A stretch of DNA of 64,000 nt from Ruditapes philippinarum (GCF_026571515.1 NW_026854950.1:1-64000), one strand, 5' to 3'; shown: positions 24,401-38,329, counted from the stretch's first letter. Notes: generated by a model not told the origin, from the sequence alone. Numbers and translations: made by a program.

Positions 24401-27400
24401 CTTTGACGCCACCCTTTGTAAGAACTCCAAATCATTAGTCATTATATAGTTTCATTGGAAGAATAAAACAAACAACGGTTGCATATTAACAAGAATAATT
24501 AGCACACGTATTCTCTAACAAACAAAACTTGTTTTAGCATTGCTTTAACAAATCAGAAAAGTTTCAACATGGCTGGCCTGGTTCGGTTACGGTGTTCCGC
24601 GATTGTGAAAAAATCGATAAAATTATGGTGAAAATGCGATGGTATGATGATGATGACGCGATGGTACGATGTTCATGACGCGATGGTACGATGATGAAAA
24701 CACGATATAAAATCGCGTTTCCACCATCGTACCATGGAAATTTCACCATCGTACCATCGTGATTTCATTATTGTACCATCTTGTATTCATCATCGTACAA
24801 TCGCGTTTTCACCATCGTATCCTCGTGCATCGCGGGTCAGGACGAAATAAAAAAAAACACGATTGTCAAAACGGAACACCGTATTCGTAATAATGAATTG
24901 AATATCGTTTCAGGAAATGTGTTATTTGTTATATGTAATTATCAATATGTTATTAAAATGAATTGGTTCATAATGGACGGTCTGTTATACCATAAATAAT
25001 TATATTGATAGTATTTAGTATTATACACAACAACAAACTTGTTGCTGAAAAGTGTGAGATACATTATCCAATATTACATATCTATACAGTATATAGCAGG
25101 TAGAACAAAGTATTGTTTTTCATCATAGACTAATAAATGTTCATACTAAATAGCTTAGGACTTTATCGAAATGTCTGGAAAAGAAATATTTCAAAGGAAC
25201 ATCCGAATAATACATTTCCATTGTTTGTATCAATGTTAGAAACAATTATGTAAATTGCACCCCTTGTAAACCAATTCATTTTAATGAAAACTTACTTTTG
25301 TAGCGCAGTAAGTTGTTGAATTCTTGAATGCAGCATTGGCACCGATACTTGATATGTTAACAATTGAGCCCTTTGTTTTTCGTAGATGTGGGAGAGCATA
25401 CTTAAAAAGAAGACAATATAAACCTTTAAATAATACTAACCTCGCTTTTCATTGGATAATCGTGATGTTTATGTTATCTATATCTACGGCTGCTGTCACT
25501 TTATGAAGTAATGTTAGTTTTTATCTTAAATATTGTTATTCTGCAATATTGTATCCTTGCATGGATGTCTAACACGTTATATGGTCTAGTGAGTCGGTAT
25601 ATATAAGCTTCACTTCCGTCTTCACTTTACCATATAACCAGTCAGACACCTTTACAATTAATAATGTACAGGCATACAATTATGGAAAATATGATACATT
25701 AAATATGATTGAATCAGTCAAAAAGAAAACATAATTTAATTCAATAATTTACATTTTACATAGTTAAAGGCTATGATCAAAATAAAGCTATCACATCGGT
25801 TAATATGTCATCTGCCAGTGAATATCACATCATATTCAAATATAGCAATACATGTATGTGTACGATAACATGCCACACGTAAAATGTCTTCTTGTATATT
25901 TGATAATGGTCATTGCTTATTTGTAAATGTCTGACTAAATGTATACATCTATTTTGATAACCTACCCTGCTTACCTTTTAAAACCTTCTCTTGATTATCG
26001 TCCTTGCTTATATGACTGACGTTGCTTATATGATAACCTGTGGCTACTTACACAATAATATAAAAATCTGACGTTGCTTACATGAAAACCGGTCGTTGCT
26101 TAAATGAAAACTTGCCTCGCCATTAAAACATATTTTGATTACACGAATACCCAATTTGGTCACGTGATAAACTACCGAAACTACATGGAAACTTACCTTG
26201 CTTGCAGTAAAATTACTAATTAAATTATCTTCCAATAGGTCCCGGAAGTTTTGTACAGATATCTCGTCGATACTTTTATGACCATAATCTGAAAAAAGCC
26301 AGGTCAAATCAGTTTTTATCATAATTTTCAGTTCAATAATCAATTCTTTAAAAGCTCCGATTTTTTATAATAAAAAGTCGAAAAGATATACATATATTTC
26401 AAATACCGAATATAATTAAACCGTAATGAAAAAAGAAATTGTTCAAATGTTTCTACCAAGAAAACAGATGACAGGGGGGGGGGGTGGCCGGGGGAAGTTG
26501 CTAAAGAGACGATCCGATGCTCTGGTTGCAAAAATGGCGGGCAAAAAGGATTTTTAGAGTCAGGGGGGCAGTCTTTTGCTTTATAAAAAAACGTAAAAAT
26601 TCAAGCGATAGTCTTGTCGAATAAAATGTAAAACATACAGGACCGCTAGTACGACCAACACAGCCACACTGGACCACCGGAAAAGTTATCTAAAAATCCT
26701 CACGAAAAAGATTCAACGAAAGGTACAATAGGAAGGGCCCTGATTCGAAATAGGCAAAATAATGGAAAATGAAGTGTAGTCATTCGATCAAATCTAAATT
26801 AAAGCGTGTGAGAAGTTGTTTTGTTTTTTGTTGTTTTTTTTGCAAATAAATGGAGCACTCAGAAGGGAGGGAAAATGGACCTTATTCATATTCGGAAACT
26901 TAATCCCGCCCAGTATGGAATGATATGGAGCACTCAGAAGGGAGGGAAAATGGGCCTTATAAATTCATATTCGGAAACTAAACCACGCCCACAATGGAAT
27001 GATTATGATCAACTAAATACTTTAGGCAAAACAGATTTTCTATACGGCATACGACTGAACTTTTTCTTTTGCATATCCGGTTGAACAACACAAACTATTT
27101 TGTGTATTAATACGATATTTTAAAGAAGCTCCACTGAGGTCAAAAAAGCCTGAAACACAAAATTTGACATTCCTACATAGATTAAGTCATGCGCATAAAA
27201 TTTAAAATTGAAAAAATAAAGTAATTGACTCAGAATTTCTTTTTGATGCGATTTTAGCTTGATTGAATGAAAAGCACTTTTTTTATCATTTTGCATGTCT
27301 CAAATGGTACACAAAACTCGGAAAAATATTTTCAGTCACGTCCTGTCGCAAAAAAAGACCTCAGTCGCGTCTCTTTAAGCACACTGCATTTGAAATGTTG

Positions 27401-30400
27401 TCCTAATTTTCCGGCCGGTTTGCATTTTACATGAAATGCACTTTAAGTACGTTTTGTTAGGTTTTTACATTAGCAGCATTTTTTGTGCGGCGAGAATTGC
27501 GATGATGAATTAAAGAAGGCGGAAATTAACGTGCAACTGAGATTTTTTTTAACTTTAAGGACATATTTATTAGAAATTTGCATAGTCTGTACTTATAATT
27601 TGTATTGCAACGTTTTGCATTCAACCAAGGCCAAATATCGAGCAAAAAATCAATATTCAATTTAAAGATATACCATGTTCATCCTTGCGTAAAATATTTT
27701 AATCCAATCTTTAATTGAAATCTTTGAAATTCATACCGATCATGTCTAATTTAAATAAAAGAATGAATAAACTATGTAGTGAAAACTGCGTTCCCTATTA
27801 CAGTAAAAAATCTGCCTGTGTGTGTAGAATTTTTAACATAACATTTCTTCTCTGTGTGAAGTCAAAATATGTTTATTTCATATTTACAAAGAGACTATGT
27901 AGCAAATACTAGCAATTATCAATATTTTCTAACACAGAATATGTTTAATTCAGTACATCTACCTTTATCGTCTTTGCAGAATTTTCCATTTAAAGAGCAT
28001 AATTTGATCTATGCAAGAATTTCAAACTAAATGTTTTTCAGGCTTGTTGACCACACACTAAATGACACCCGTCCGACTTTCATACTGAAAAACATCATGG
28101 CCATAAAAGAGATATGCATTAGCTGTAGCTAATTCTATCCAAACGAACAGTGCCGAACAAGATCAGTCGACACATCCGGGTCATCTGATCATGGTCAGCA
28201 GATCTGTACTGTACGTTATTCAAGTCAATACAATTTTTTCAAATTTCCCCCCGAAAGATAATGGATGATCTTGTCCATGATAAAAGATGGACGAGTCCAT
28301 TTAACATATCAAGTGTGATATTTTTTTTCAATTTACCCGAAAGATAATGAATTATCTTGTCCAGGATAAAAGATGGACGAGTCCATTTAACATAATTAGC
28401 GTGGTGAGTGTTAATTAATATTTTCTTGTACTTACAGCAACCAACATTGTTTACAAGACAGTCTATTTTACCCAGTTTCTTCACGGTTTCTTCCACGCAA
28501 TTCTAAAGACCAAAAACAATAAAAGTATCAATGAGCCAAATAAAACATTAAAAACTATTTTAAATAACCTAACACATATACCTATTACCTGTATAAAAAG
28601 CATAACGAGAGAAAAAAGCAAAGACAAAAGACTAAGAATAATATATAACAAAATACTGACTGATACTGTAAAACACAATGTCAAACTGAGTAGAACTTAT
28701 GGAGAGCGTATTTTGTCAAAGTATTTTTTAAAGTTAGAATTAAGTGGAAAGATTTTTCATTGTGTGCAAAATATAAAAAAAACAGTCCAACAATTACAGT
28801 AAAAGAACAAAGTTTTTTTTTTAAAAAAAGATCAGTGGTTGGCTTTTTGGCAAGTACTGTTAACTATTTATTTATCTATTTATTTATTTTTTATTTATTT
28901 ATTTATGCAAAGAAAGAAAGAAAGAACGAAAGAAAGAAAGAGCTCTCGACGGTTTTAACTGCAATGACGGTCTGGTATTCATGTCTGGACTAATAGTTCC
29001 ACTTTCAAGTAAAATTGCACTAACAGGTGAAAAGGTTAACGAAACCGGTTTCAAAACGCAGAATTACAGTATCAATCGCTTTTTTGCAAGAATAACGGTA
29101 ATGCATCTTTCTCGTGCATTAACATCTGTAGAAGCCCCCGAAATAATTAAATATAATTTCTTGTCCTGCGTTCTCGGGCATTTAATCTGTTTTCATATAC
29201 TTCTGCTTTAAATTTGTTTTGGTATACTTCTGCAGATATTAATGAAATTAACCCTCTTATGCACCGCTAAGATGCGCAGTAATATAATCACGGTGACAGC
29301 CCGATCGAAATATTAATTAAAAAGCGCCAGAAATATCAACTGTACAGATTCATCTAATATTGCAAAAGTTAAAATATATTTATATGTAGCAAATTATTCT
29401 AAAATGGGTTATTGACCCATTAGAGCGACTAAAGGCTAAATGACACTATATGTACCTTAACTTCTTCTTCTTTTCTCATGTCACAGTGAAAGTACATGAT
29501 TTCCCCCGGTCCATCAGACTTCATGGCTTGTCCGACATCATCTTTATAGAGAATAGAGAGTGTTATGAAATCTAAGTACATTTCTATCCATCTTCAACTA
29601 TAATTTTTACAAATTTGTATACACATATGTGCTTTGGTTAACTACGTGTATTTGGGGACGTCCGTGGCCAAGTGGTTAAGGTTGTTAACTTCAAACCACT
29701 TGCCCTTCTCCGCTGTGGGTTCGAATCCCGACAGGGACTTTGGATTCTTTCGTTTGAGGAAGCTATCCAGCTTGCTTACGGAAAGTCAATGGTTCCACTC
29801 AGGTGCCCGTTCGTGCCTGAAATAATGCGCGGAAGGGCACCTGATGTCTTCCCCCACCAGTAAAGCTGGAACGTCGCCATATGACCTATACTGTGTCGGT
29901 GTGACGTAAAACCCAATCAAACAAACGAACGTGTATTTGACATGGTCAATTACTGACTTTACTTACGTCAAGTTTGTTAACTTACGTCAACTTGGTTTCT
30001 TATAAAAAGAATAAAAAATAAAGAAAATAGTTACCATTGATGTCAAATACTGCTACTTTTCCGCCTTGTTCAACTGAAATGTTGAATGCAATAATAAGTA
30101 ATGTTGTTTTTTTTTTCTTTTAAATTTCACCCTATGAAAATACATGTAAACGAAATTGTGTAAGAGTAACATAAATGTACAAAATGATAGAATACAGCGT
30201 AAAAATATTTTGGATTCAGACTTATTCCACAGTACATTTGGTCCATCTTAAATTATCAAAGATTTTGAATTCTCGGCATATCATCGTCACTTTCTGGATG
30301 TTTGAAAGAATTAGTAAACGCTGGTGTGACAAAGACCAACATAACTCCTCTTAAGTAGTTCAAGTACCAGTGCTGCAAATGGACGAAAACGAACGCTTTT

Positions 30401-31851
30401 TATTTTGAAACTGTAAGAAGAAAAAGCTCGTCAAATAAGCGGATTGTGACAATTTTTGCCTGAAGTTAAAGTGACAAAATTGTCAAATATTTGCCAGTCT
30501 TTGATTGAAAATGACATAAGAATATATATTCAAACTTGAATATGACAAGATTGGTTGCATCCATACAAGTTTGAAATAGGAAAGCCGTAATTTGTCGATA
30601 ATATGCTATCTTGACACGAGCAGTGGTAACATTTGTCGTATTATGTATGATTTTATTGTATATATGTTGATTTACCGACAGTTTAATGGAACTGCTGGCA
30701 GTAAGCTTATGAATGTTCCCGAATTTAAGTCCATTTCTTTCAAGTCTTCCCACAAGAAAAGCCAACAGAGGAGTCAGTGGCCGAGAAAGCAGAGCATGCG
30801 ATATACTGTCAGCAAAATCTATCATCATATAAAAATAAGTGGAAGGTTCGGTGCATGAACTAAAGAACAAATAATCAGGGGTCCGCAAAAAAGACGTTCC
30901 ATTAAAGTTTTTATCACATGCTGATTTTACAGATGAGATTTTGATTTTGGTCAATAATAATTGAAAAACGACATGAAGGGAGGTGAGGTAACTAATCTGA
31001 AGAGCTTTTTTGTATAGAATGTGCTTATCTTACTTAAGAGAGGTATTTACTACAGTGGAATCAATACTTCAGACCACACCAGAATTTAGACTATTCCGCT
31101 ATTAAGACCAATTTTTATAAGAACGGAATTTTCTGTTCTTTATGTCAATGGTTACATGATCCAGAATTAAGACAACCTCGCTTATCCACTTTTAAGACCA
31201 CCAGATTCAGTCCCAATTCTTTATTTTGTTCTTTATTTGACCCCACTATTGAGACCACCGATTTAAAGTCAACATCACCTAGATCTTCAGTTGTTGTTAT
31301 TATCTGCTTAAAGGCATGACACTTCATTTCACAAGGTGTTAAAAACACCTTTTATTATTAAATAAGGTGAGAAAGTAAATTTTAGAGAAGTTTAATGTTG
31401 CTTTAAGCACATTGATATTTCTTATTTGATGGATGTATTATGAACATCATATAATAACTAATATTGAAATCAGATCAAATAGAATATGATATTAAATTCT
31501 TCAGAAATATGTTTGCTTCTTATCAGATGTAACATTATAACATACTTTAATATTGTATTTGCAGGTTAAGATATATAACGTTTGTTCATACAACATGACT
31601 AAAATAGACCATGGTCATAAAGTGTGTAAGCAATAAGAATACTCACAATTAAGACCACTCCGCAATTAAGACAACTTTGGTCAAGTCCCGATGGTGGTCT
31701 TAATTGAGGGTTTTTACTGTATATCTAAATACATAAACTATCATTTACCAAACACATCAACACAGCCTCGACCTATCCCTTGTACTCCACCAGTTACTAT
31801 GGCAACCTTGTCTTTAAAACGTAAAGCTGGTTGGTTTGCTGTATTTGCCAT
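21470..31851 (-). CDS. HSD17B14: HSD17B14-like short-chain dehydrogenase/reductase, copy B (9 exons, 263 aa, intact)
   Basis: Exons (minus): 31851-31749, 30073-30035, 29541-29456, 28502-28436, 26288-26197, 25400-25296, 24413-24346, 22887-22806, 21619-21470. Same sizes as copy A, GT-AG, no stops. 15 aa differences from A by my count. Confidence 0.93.
23260..23965. mobile_element. Unclassified ~0.7-kb insertion unique to copy B intron 7
   Basis: Absent from A (~7095) and C (~42845), whose flanks are contiguous. No TIR or coding signal recognised. Confidence 0.45.
29655..29928 (+). mobile_element. tRNA-derived SINE, family 1 (copy B intron 2; same insertion as 13480)
   Basis: Same site and same TSD ACGTGTATTTG (29644-29654, 29929-29939). 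Absent from copy C. Confidence 0.92.
31053..31719. mobile_element. Tc1/mariner(pogo)-type MITE unique to copy B intron 1
   Basis: TA|CAGTGG...TTACTG|TA, internal TAAGACCA repeats, empty TA site in A (~15122) and C (~49638). Confidence 0.8.
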
Positions 31852-32339
31852 GCTGTAATTATAATAATTTTGTAGTAGTTTCTTTTCTATTATCAAAACT
31901 TCAGATATAACTCTAGCTATTCTCACAAGTTTTTCGGTCGTAAACTGTTTGCTTTCATTGTGACTTCCGGTAAATACGGGCTATTTGCCATCCTGTTCCC
32001 GGTGCTTGCCGGACACGCAATCAGTGTTCTACGATATTAGTTTAGCATAGTTAAAATAACACTCGGAAATTAAAGGCAACCGTAAAACGCACTGCCGAGT
32101 ATCTTTTAATTACACGTTTTGGAAATTAAATTTAACACGCTATATGTACGGTGTGTACCTGGTCCTATTTGAAGGAAGCATTGTTTGAGATGTTATTGAC
32201 TTGGACTTCTCCCTTCTTTCTTCATCAATATCGCAATGTATTTAAATGCCACTAAATTTAAAAGTATTTTGATCAACCTAAAGTATTTTATGCTGGTGTT
32301 TTCACTCAAAAATACATAATTATATAGGACATATACCAT

Positions 32340-33108
32340 ACGACCGCCGAGATTAAAAACAACCATTTAGGTAACCTGGTTGTAGAGATAAGCAACAGCC
32401 ATCTACGTTGCCCAGCCGCCGAGATTAACAATAGCCATTTAGGTTGCCCAGCCGCCGAGATTATTACAACAGCCATTTAGGTGGACCGGCCGCCGAAATT
32501 AACGACAGCCATTTAGGTGGACCTGCCGCCGAAATTAAAAACAGCCTTTGTGGTGGACCGGCCGCCGAGATTAACGACAGCCATTTAGGTGGACCGGCCG
32601 CTGAAATTAAAAACAGCTGTTTAGGTGGATTGGCCACCGAGATTATCGACAGCCATTTAGGTGGACCGACCGCTGAGATTAAAAACAGTCGTTTAAGTGG
32701 ACCGACCGCCATGATTAACAACAGCTATTTAAGTGGACCTGCCGCCGAGAATAAAAACAGTCGTTTAGGTGGATCGGCCGCCGAGATTAACAACAGCAAT
32801 TTAGGTGGACCTGTCGCCGAGATAACAACAGCAATTTAGGTGGACCGGCCGCTTAGATAACAACAGCCATTTAGGTGGACCGGCCGCAGGCATTTAGGTT
32901 GACCGGCCGCCGAGATTAACTACAGGCATTTAGGTGGACCGGCCGCCGAGATTTACAACAGCCATTTTGGTTTATCTGCCGTCGAGATAAGCAACAGCTA
33001 TTAATTAAGGTGGACCGGCCGCAGAGATAAACAAAAGCCATTTAGGTGGACCGGCCGCCGAGATTAACAACAGCCATTTAGGTAGACCGGTCAACGAGAT
33101 TAACAGCA
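32340..33108. repeat. 36-bp minisatellite upstream of copy B (~21 units)
   Basis: Same consensus. Accounts for the repetitive ORFs 32444-32839 and 32464-32721. Confidence 0.92.
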
Positions 33109-33589
33109 AATGTGGTTAATCGTAGTATAAAAACCAGAATATCACAAAATGCCTCTGCCATATCACAAATTGTCTCTGCCAATTTATACAGATATGTGAA
33201 ATATATGTAATTGGATGGCTGATGCATAAAGACAAAATAATGTTGTCTTTATGAAATCTTTGCAGAAATGACGTCACACTTTGCACCTAGCCTATTTCAC
33301 GATATCAAAACAAAAACGAACAAAACAAGATTCAATGTCATGAATTATATTTAGTTTAAATTCGTATTTGAAACACCTCACTGGTTACACGTATTCATCA
33401 TCATTGATTATGATGGAAATGGTTAGCGATATGTATCTGTTAACATGTTTTACGAGTTTATACCACCAGCAAAAATGATTACATTTTCTTTACCTGATAG
33501 ATATTTGCTACACTTAAAAATTGATTAAATTCACAACAAGTCACTGGTTTATTCTAAATTGTTCTCTACCTTTACAAAATATGATATTT

Positions 33590-35560
33590 TAAAGATATAA
33601 GTATTGCTTATTCCGCCACATTGTTCAAAAATTGCAAAAATATAATCATGTTTTTTTCAGGAATTATTATAATAATAACGAATATAATAATAACTTACTT
33701 TATGCAGCAAGTCCTCAATTATCCTATAATGTTTATAAAATCTATATATTTCTACACACGTCAGTTTCACGCTAAATCATTTAACCATTAGACACTGGGT
33801 AAAGTAAAATTCATATCTAGACGATACCCTTATGACCCGAAATCGCATGGTTTATCTACAAGTCTAGTTCCCCCGCAATAAATATTTGTTTTTAAAAGGG
33901 ACTCCACTGAGGTTTAAACGCTTAGAAATATAATATATGATTTTTTACATAAATGAGCTAGAGTACTTAAAACAGAAATATATGCAAAGATAGTTAAGAA
34001 ATATACTTTGAAATAAATTGAAAATCGTATGTTTATGCTTTTCTTAGCCTGATTTGAGTGTTTAAACGCATTTTTTTTACATTTTGAATAATTATTCTGG
34101 AAAAATGAAGTGTGCGAATGATCTGAAATTTTGCACAAAGATTAGTGGTCTAACCCTTCACCAAATTGGTACATTTAAATAGAAACAAAATTTCAGTCCC
34201 ATCATTTAAAAAAAAAACCTTTAGTGGAGTCCCTTTAAGATTAAGTACGCTAAAATCTTAAAAGAAATATTAAATTAGTTAGAGAACAAGGTGTTTGATA
34301 AGTGCGTTTACGCTATTATTTTCACCATTTTTATAATAAAACTCAAATATTCGATAACGATATAAGTCTATGTGTTTTTTTAATGTGTTTAATGACCATT
34401 TTAAATATGCAATAATAACCAAACAAAGAAAGAAATGTTTCCACTCCCAGCTATTTTAATATGATTAATTTAATTCTGCCACATTGTTAAAAAATTGCAA
34501 AAATATAGTCATGTCTTTTTTTCAGGAATTATTATAATAATAACGTACTTTATGCAGCAAGTCCTCAATTATCCTATAATATTTATAATATCTATATATT
34601 TCTACACACGCCAGTTTCACGCTAAATGATTTAAACATTAGACACTCGTCTGGGTAAATCAAAATTCATATCTAGACGGCGACCTTATGAACCGAACTTC
34701 GCATGGTATATTACCACATTTATGTACAAGTCTGGTTTTTTGTTTTTAAAGGGACTACACTGAGGTTTAAAAGCCTAGAAACATAACATTTGAATTTTTT
34801 ACATAAATGAGCTAAATTGAAAATCGTATTTTTATGCTTTTCTTAGCCCGATTTGAATGAAAGGTGTTTAAACGCTTTTCATTTTGGGTCATCTTTTTAC
34901 ATTTTGAATAATTATTCTGGAAAAATAAAGGATGCGAATGATCTGAAATTTTGCACAAAGATTAGTTTGTTTGTTTGTTTCATTTTACATGTTTTACGCC
35001 TTTTCCCAACAGTATTTCAGTCATATAGGCGAGTAGTTTCCTAACCAATCGTTCCTGGAGAGTTACACCAGTACTAGACTACCTTCATCCGTGCTAAACT
35101 ACCAAAGCATCTCCAGGGGATCGAACCCACGCCAGAGAGGTAACTGGATTAAAAGTCATCGGCTCTAACCCCTCGACCACGGAGGCGGTACAAAGATTAG
35201 TGGTCTAGCCCTACATCAAATGGCACATTTATATAGAAAAAAATTTCAGTCTCATCATGTCAAAAAAAACCTTTAGTGGAGTCACTTTAAGATTAAGTAC
35301 GCTAAAATCTTAAAACGGATCAATTAAGAAAGAATAAATAAGTTAGACAACAAGGCTTTGATAGGTGCTTTTACGCTATTATTTTCTCGATTTTTATAAC
35401 AAAACCAGAATGTTTTCCTTTCATTTGTTTCTATACTACAAATAACGATATAAATCTATGTGTTTTTTTAAAACGTGTTTAATGACCAGTTTAAATATGA
35501 AATAATAACCAAACAAAAAAAAGAAATGTTTCCATTCCCAGCTAGTTGTCTACATTTAAC
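33590..35560. repeat. Local tandem duplication (~0.87 kb) within unit 2
   Basis: GCCACATTGTT(C/A)AAAAATTGC...Kolobok MITE...CCA(C/T)TCCCAGCTA occurs twice, junction at ~34455. Confidence 0.85.
34967..35189 (-). mobile_element. tRNA-derived SINE, family 2, inserted in a Kolobok-like MITE
   Basis: 12-bp TSD ACAAAGATTAGT (34955-34966, 35190-35201). Confidence 0.92.
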
Positions 35561-35978
35561 ATTACTTACTTCATCTACCAATTTTAACATAAGGTATATA
35601 ATTGTGCATGTGTGAACTGCATTGAAAACTCTTAAAAGTTTAACTTTCCTCCAATTATTTAAATCTACTAAGCTGTAGTTTATAGTGGCTGATTTGTGCC
35701 ATGTCGTATTTTCGCTCCGCTGGGCGCCAGGTGAAAACACGAAAATATGGCAAAGTGACGACAAAGTGAGCGAAAATACAACATGGCACAACTCGGCACA
35801 TAGAAATTCAATAAACTCCAGCGCAAATCATAACAAAGCTGTACTCAATTGTAAAGCATCTGTACTCTTTAATAATATGCGAATGTGTGAAATGGAAAGA
35901 TAGTTAACTGCATTTAATTGATATAAACTTGGCGTTCCATAATAAAGGTAAAATTATGACTTATTTATTACGGTCAAG

Positions 35979-36387
35979 ATGGTCTCAAAAGCTTGTTTAA
36001 AATTTGATCAGAAAGTTGCAATAGTTACCTGAGGGTGTGACGGCATTGGTAGAGGATATGTCGATGAATTAGGTATGAACATTTGTAATCTACATTTATA
36101 TTGTATAAGTTAGTTTGTTTTTAAGTTTATTAATCATTAATTTTATCAGCCCCATTATAGTCTGTCTAGTCTGTCATGGATTGAATTAAACGGTTCCCAA
36201 ACTTAAGACAGAAATGTTTCGTTATTTACTGTATGCGTGCATGAAAGAGCCACTGTTAAGTAGGGGTGTAGAAGAAGTGAGACTGATCTATGAATGAATT
36301 CTATATAGAGGAAATGAGTTTTATCGTCTGCTTTTTTTCATATTTTCAGTTGAAAATGGAGGACTGTGGTTGTGCTCAACAAAAATG
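35979..36387 (+). pseudogene. 5' SDR fragment, unit 2 (nonsense codon and frameshift)
   Basis: Exon 35979-36072 has an in-frame TGA at 36030-36032 in the TGxxxGxG motif. Exon 36350-36387 is 38 nt (1-nt deletion). Confidence 0.88.
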
Positions 36388-36439
36388 GTACGAGGGGTGA
36401 TCCAGATTTAACCGGACTTACTCTCTAACAAATTTAATA

Positions 36440-37220
36440 TTTAGAGGTTAATACTTGGTTGCTGCTCGCCATTATGCAGTAATGTCCCGAAGATGTGCAT
36501 AATGGTCTGAGGGCCGCAGGCCCGAAGGACATTATGAACTCGAGTATTAATGTCTTTAATAACTATGTCCGAAATACGGCGTTTCGACATCGCCGCTAAT
36601 CTTGGTTGTCGCCCTTTCTAAGAAACGGACAGTTGTCAATGTAAACAAATTCTGAGTATCTGTCATACTGTACAGTTTAACACTCCGATTAACTTAGAAA
36701 ACAAGACAACACAAAATAAATATAAGAAAATGTTGTTTTATTGTTGTTTTTATCGGTAAATACAGAATCCTACTCTTCACATCTTTTGTGAGAATACGTT
36801 TTGGATCTAGTGCCAGTTTTTTTTTATAAAGTTGTGTGTTTGACTATCTAGGTCTAAATGCGAACGATCCGACCTTCCGTACAGTCAATTTAAAATCGTT
36901 TTTGGAATTTCTGAGGGTCCAGTATTGTCTCGAGTTTATAAATCTTCAATGATAAGCTTTGCTGATTGTGATTAATTATGTAATTTAAACTTTAAAAAAA
37001 TGTGTGCAAGTGACTACGGTTCATTCAATGTCAGCAGCCATCTTGAAAGTCACTGAAAGTTGATTACGTCATTCTGCACGTGCGGTCATTCACTCGCCCA
37101 TTATGGAAAAATAATGCCGAGTAGCAAGGCGGCCAAAATTGCATAATGACCTACACCTTGCCATAATGGCCCTGAAATACCCTAGATTTTGTTACTATAT
37201 ATAGTAACATAGGTATTAAT
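36440..37220. mobile_element. Non-autonomous DNA element absent from unit 1 (possibly Crypton-like)
   Basis: Empty site at ~19165. Internal palindrome GAGGGCCGCAGGCCCGAAGG and CCATTATG/CATAATGG motifs at both ends. Family call is by resemblance only. Confidence 0.55.
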
Positions 37221-37318
37221 TATGATTTTTGCATTAAGTCTGTACCAAGCGTAATTTAGATCAAACTGATTCTGTTGAAAATTAAAATATTATTCTTCAG
37301 ATTTGTTCCGTTCTTTTA

Positions 37319-37603
37319 TGGGGGAAGTCATTTTTCATTCATAAATTGCTATTTTATAGCTGATTTTGAACATAATTAGGACTGCGCATTTTGGCGCCAG
37401 TTAACGTCAGTTTGAAATGACGTCATTAACGTCTTTTTATCAAAGTTTCAATGTCATAACGCTTTCCGTTATCAAACAACAAGCCGGACATCGTCTCCGC
37501 TAGTGTTTTGACAATGGCGTCACATCAGTATCCAGAACAGCGCGCAATTATTAAATTTTGTTGCGAACTTGGTTATTCACCTACAAAAAGCTCGTATATG
37601 TAA
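37319..37603 (+). mobile_element. Mariner transposon 5' relic
   Basis: 37514-37603 reads MASHQYPEQRAIIKFCCELGYSPTKSSYM*, matching the N-terminal HTH start of mariner transposases (EQRAxIKFCxxLGKSPTET). Begins at a TA. Too short for the ORF track. Confidence 0.7.
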
Positions 37604-38329
37604 CAGTTTTGTAAGGAATTATTATGTTCCAAATTCTAACACTCCTCGTGATTTTGAACTATAGACAAAGAAGAAAAAACGGTTTAAACTTCTAATAAAC
37701 ACTGGTTAGGGACTACTTGTATATGCGGCTGTTATGTTTTCTCCCTCGATTATATAGTTTACAAACCCTTTTAAAGCAACAATATTTAATAAAAAAAAAA
37801 GCATTTTCACTTCCGCTTTAATGCGAAAAAATAACCACTCAGGCCTTCGTTGTATATTACTACGCATCAAAACTCCAAACCGCCTCATCAAGTCATTCAG
37901 CATCTTTATTCTTCCAATTCGCTCCGTTTAAATATCCGTCAGAAAAAGTATATTCTTGATAATAAACTGTAGGGTTTTTTTTCTACAAAATAATACATTC
38001 AAGCAAAGGCGATAAAAGTGCTGATACAAACCACAACGTACTAATATACTTGTGTGACTGTTTCCTATTTTTGACACCAAAACATATTAATAGTTGATTA
38101 TATTAAAATTTTAATAACCTATGAAAGAAAGACCTTTTAAGCATATAATTTGTTCACAATGATATTTTGATTTTGACTACTTTATCTTGAATTATCATAG
38201 TCTTTTCTTGCAATCACCTATCATATTGCCTTGAAATGAAATAAAATTGTCAGTCATATTGAGTGATGTTTTTGTCTTCCCTGTTGTATTTGAGAATATT
38301 TCTTTTATTAAGCAGGTTTTCTTTCTTGC

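Larger units (their letters stand above)
19411..37879. repeat. Segmental duplication unit 2 (~18.5 kb)
   Basis: Collinear with unit 1 throughout, with unit-specific insertions and deletions. Confidence 0.92.

Noticed and set aside
30466-30954. 162-aa minus-strand ORF in copy B intron 1
   Set aside because: The frame is not conserved in the homologous intron of copy A or C and no domain is recognisable.
32444-32839. 131-aa repetitive ORF (SHLGGPAAEIN)n as a protein gene
   Set aside because: Product of a 36-bp (12-codon) minisatellite. It is open on both strands and not preserved in the paralogous arrays.
37301-37345. GEVIFH after a ttcttcag acceptor as exon 3 of the plus-strand SDR fragment
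   Set aside because: Similarity is only about 5 residues, a stop follows, unit 1 lacks the segment, and it coincides with the start of the mariner relic.
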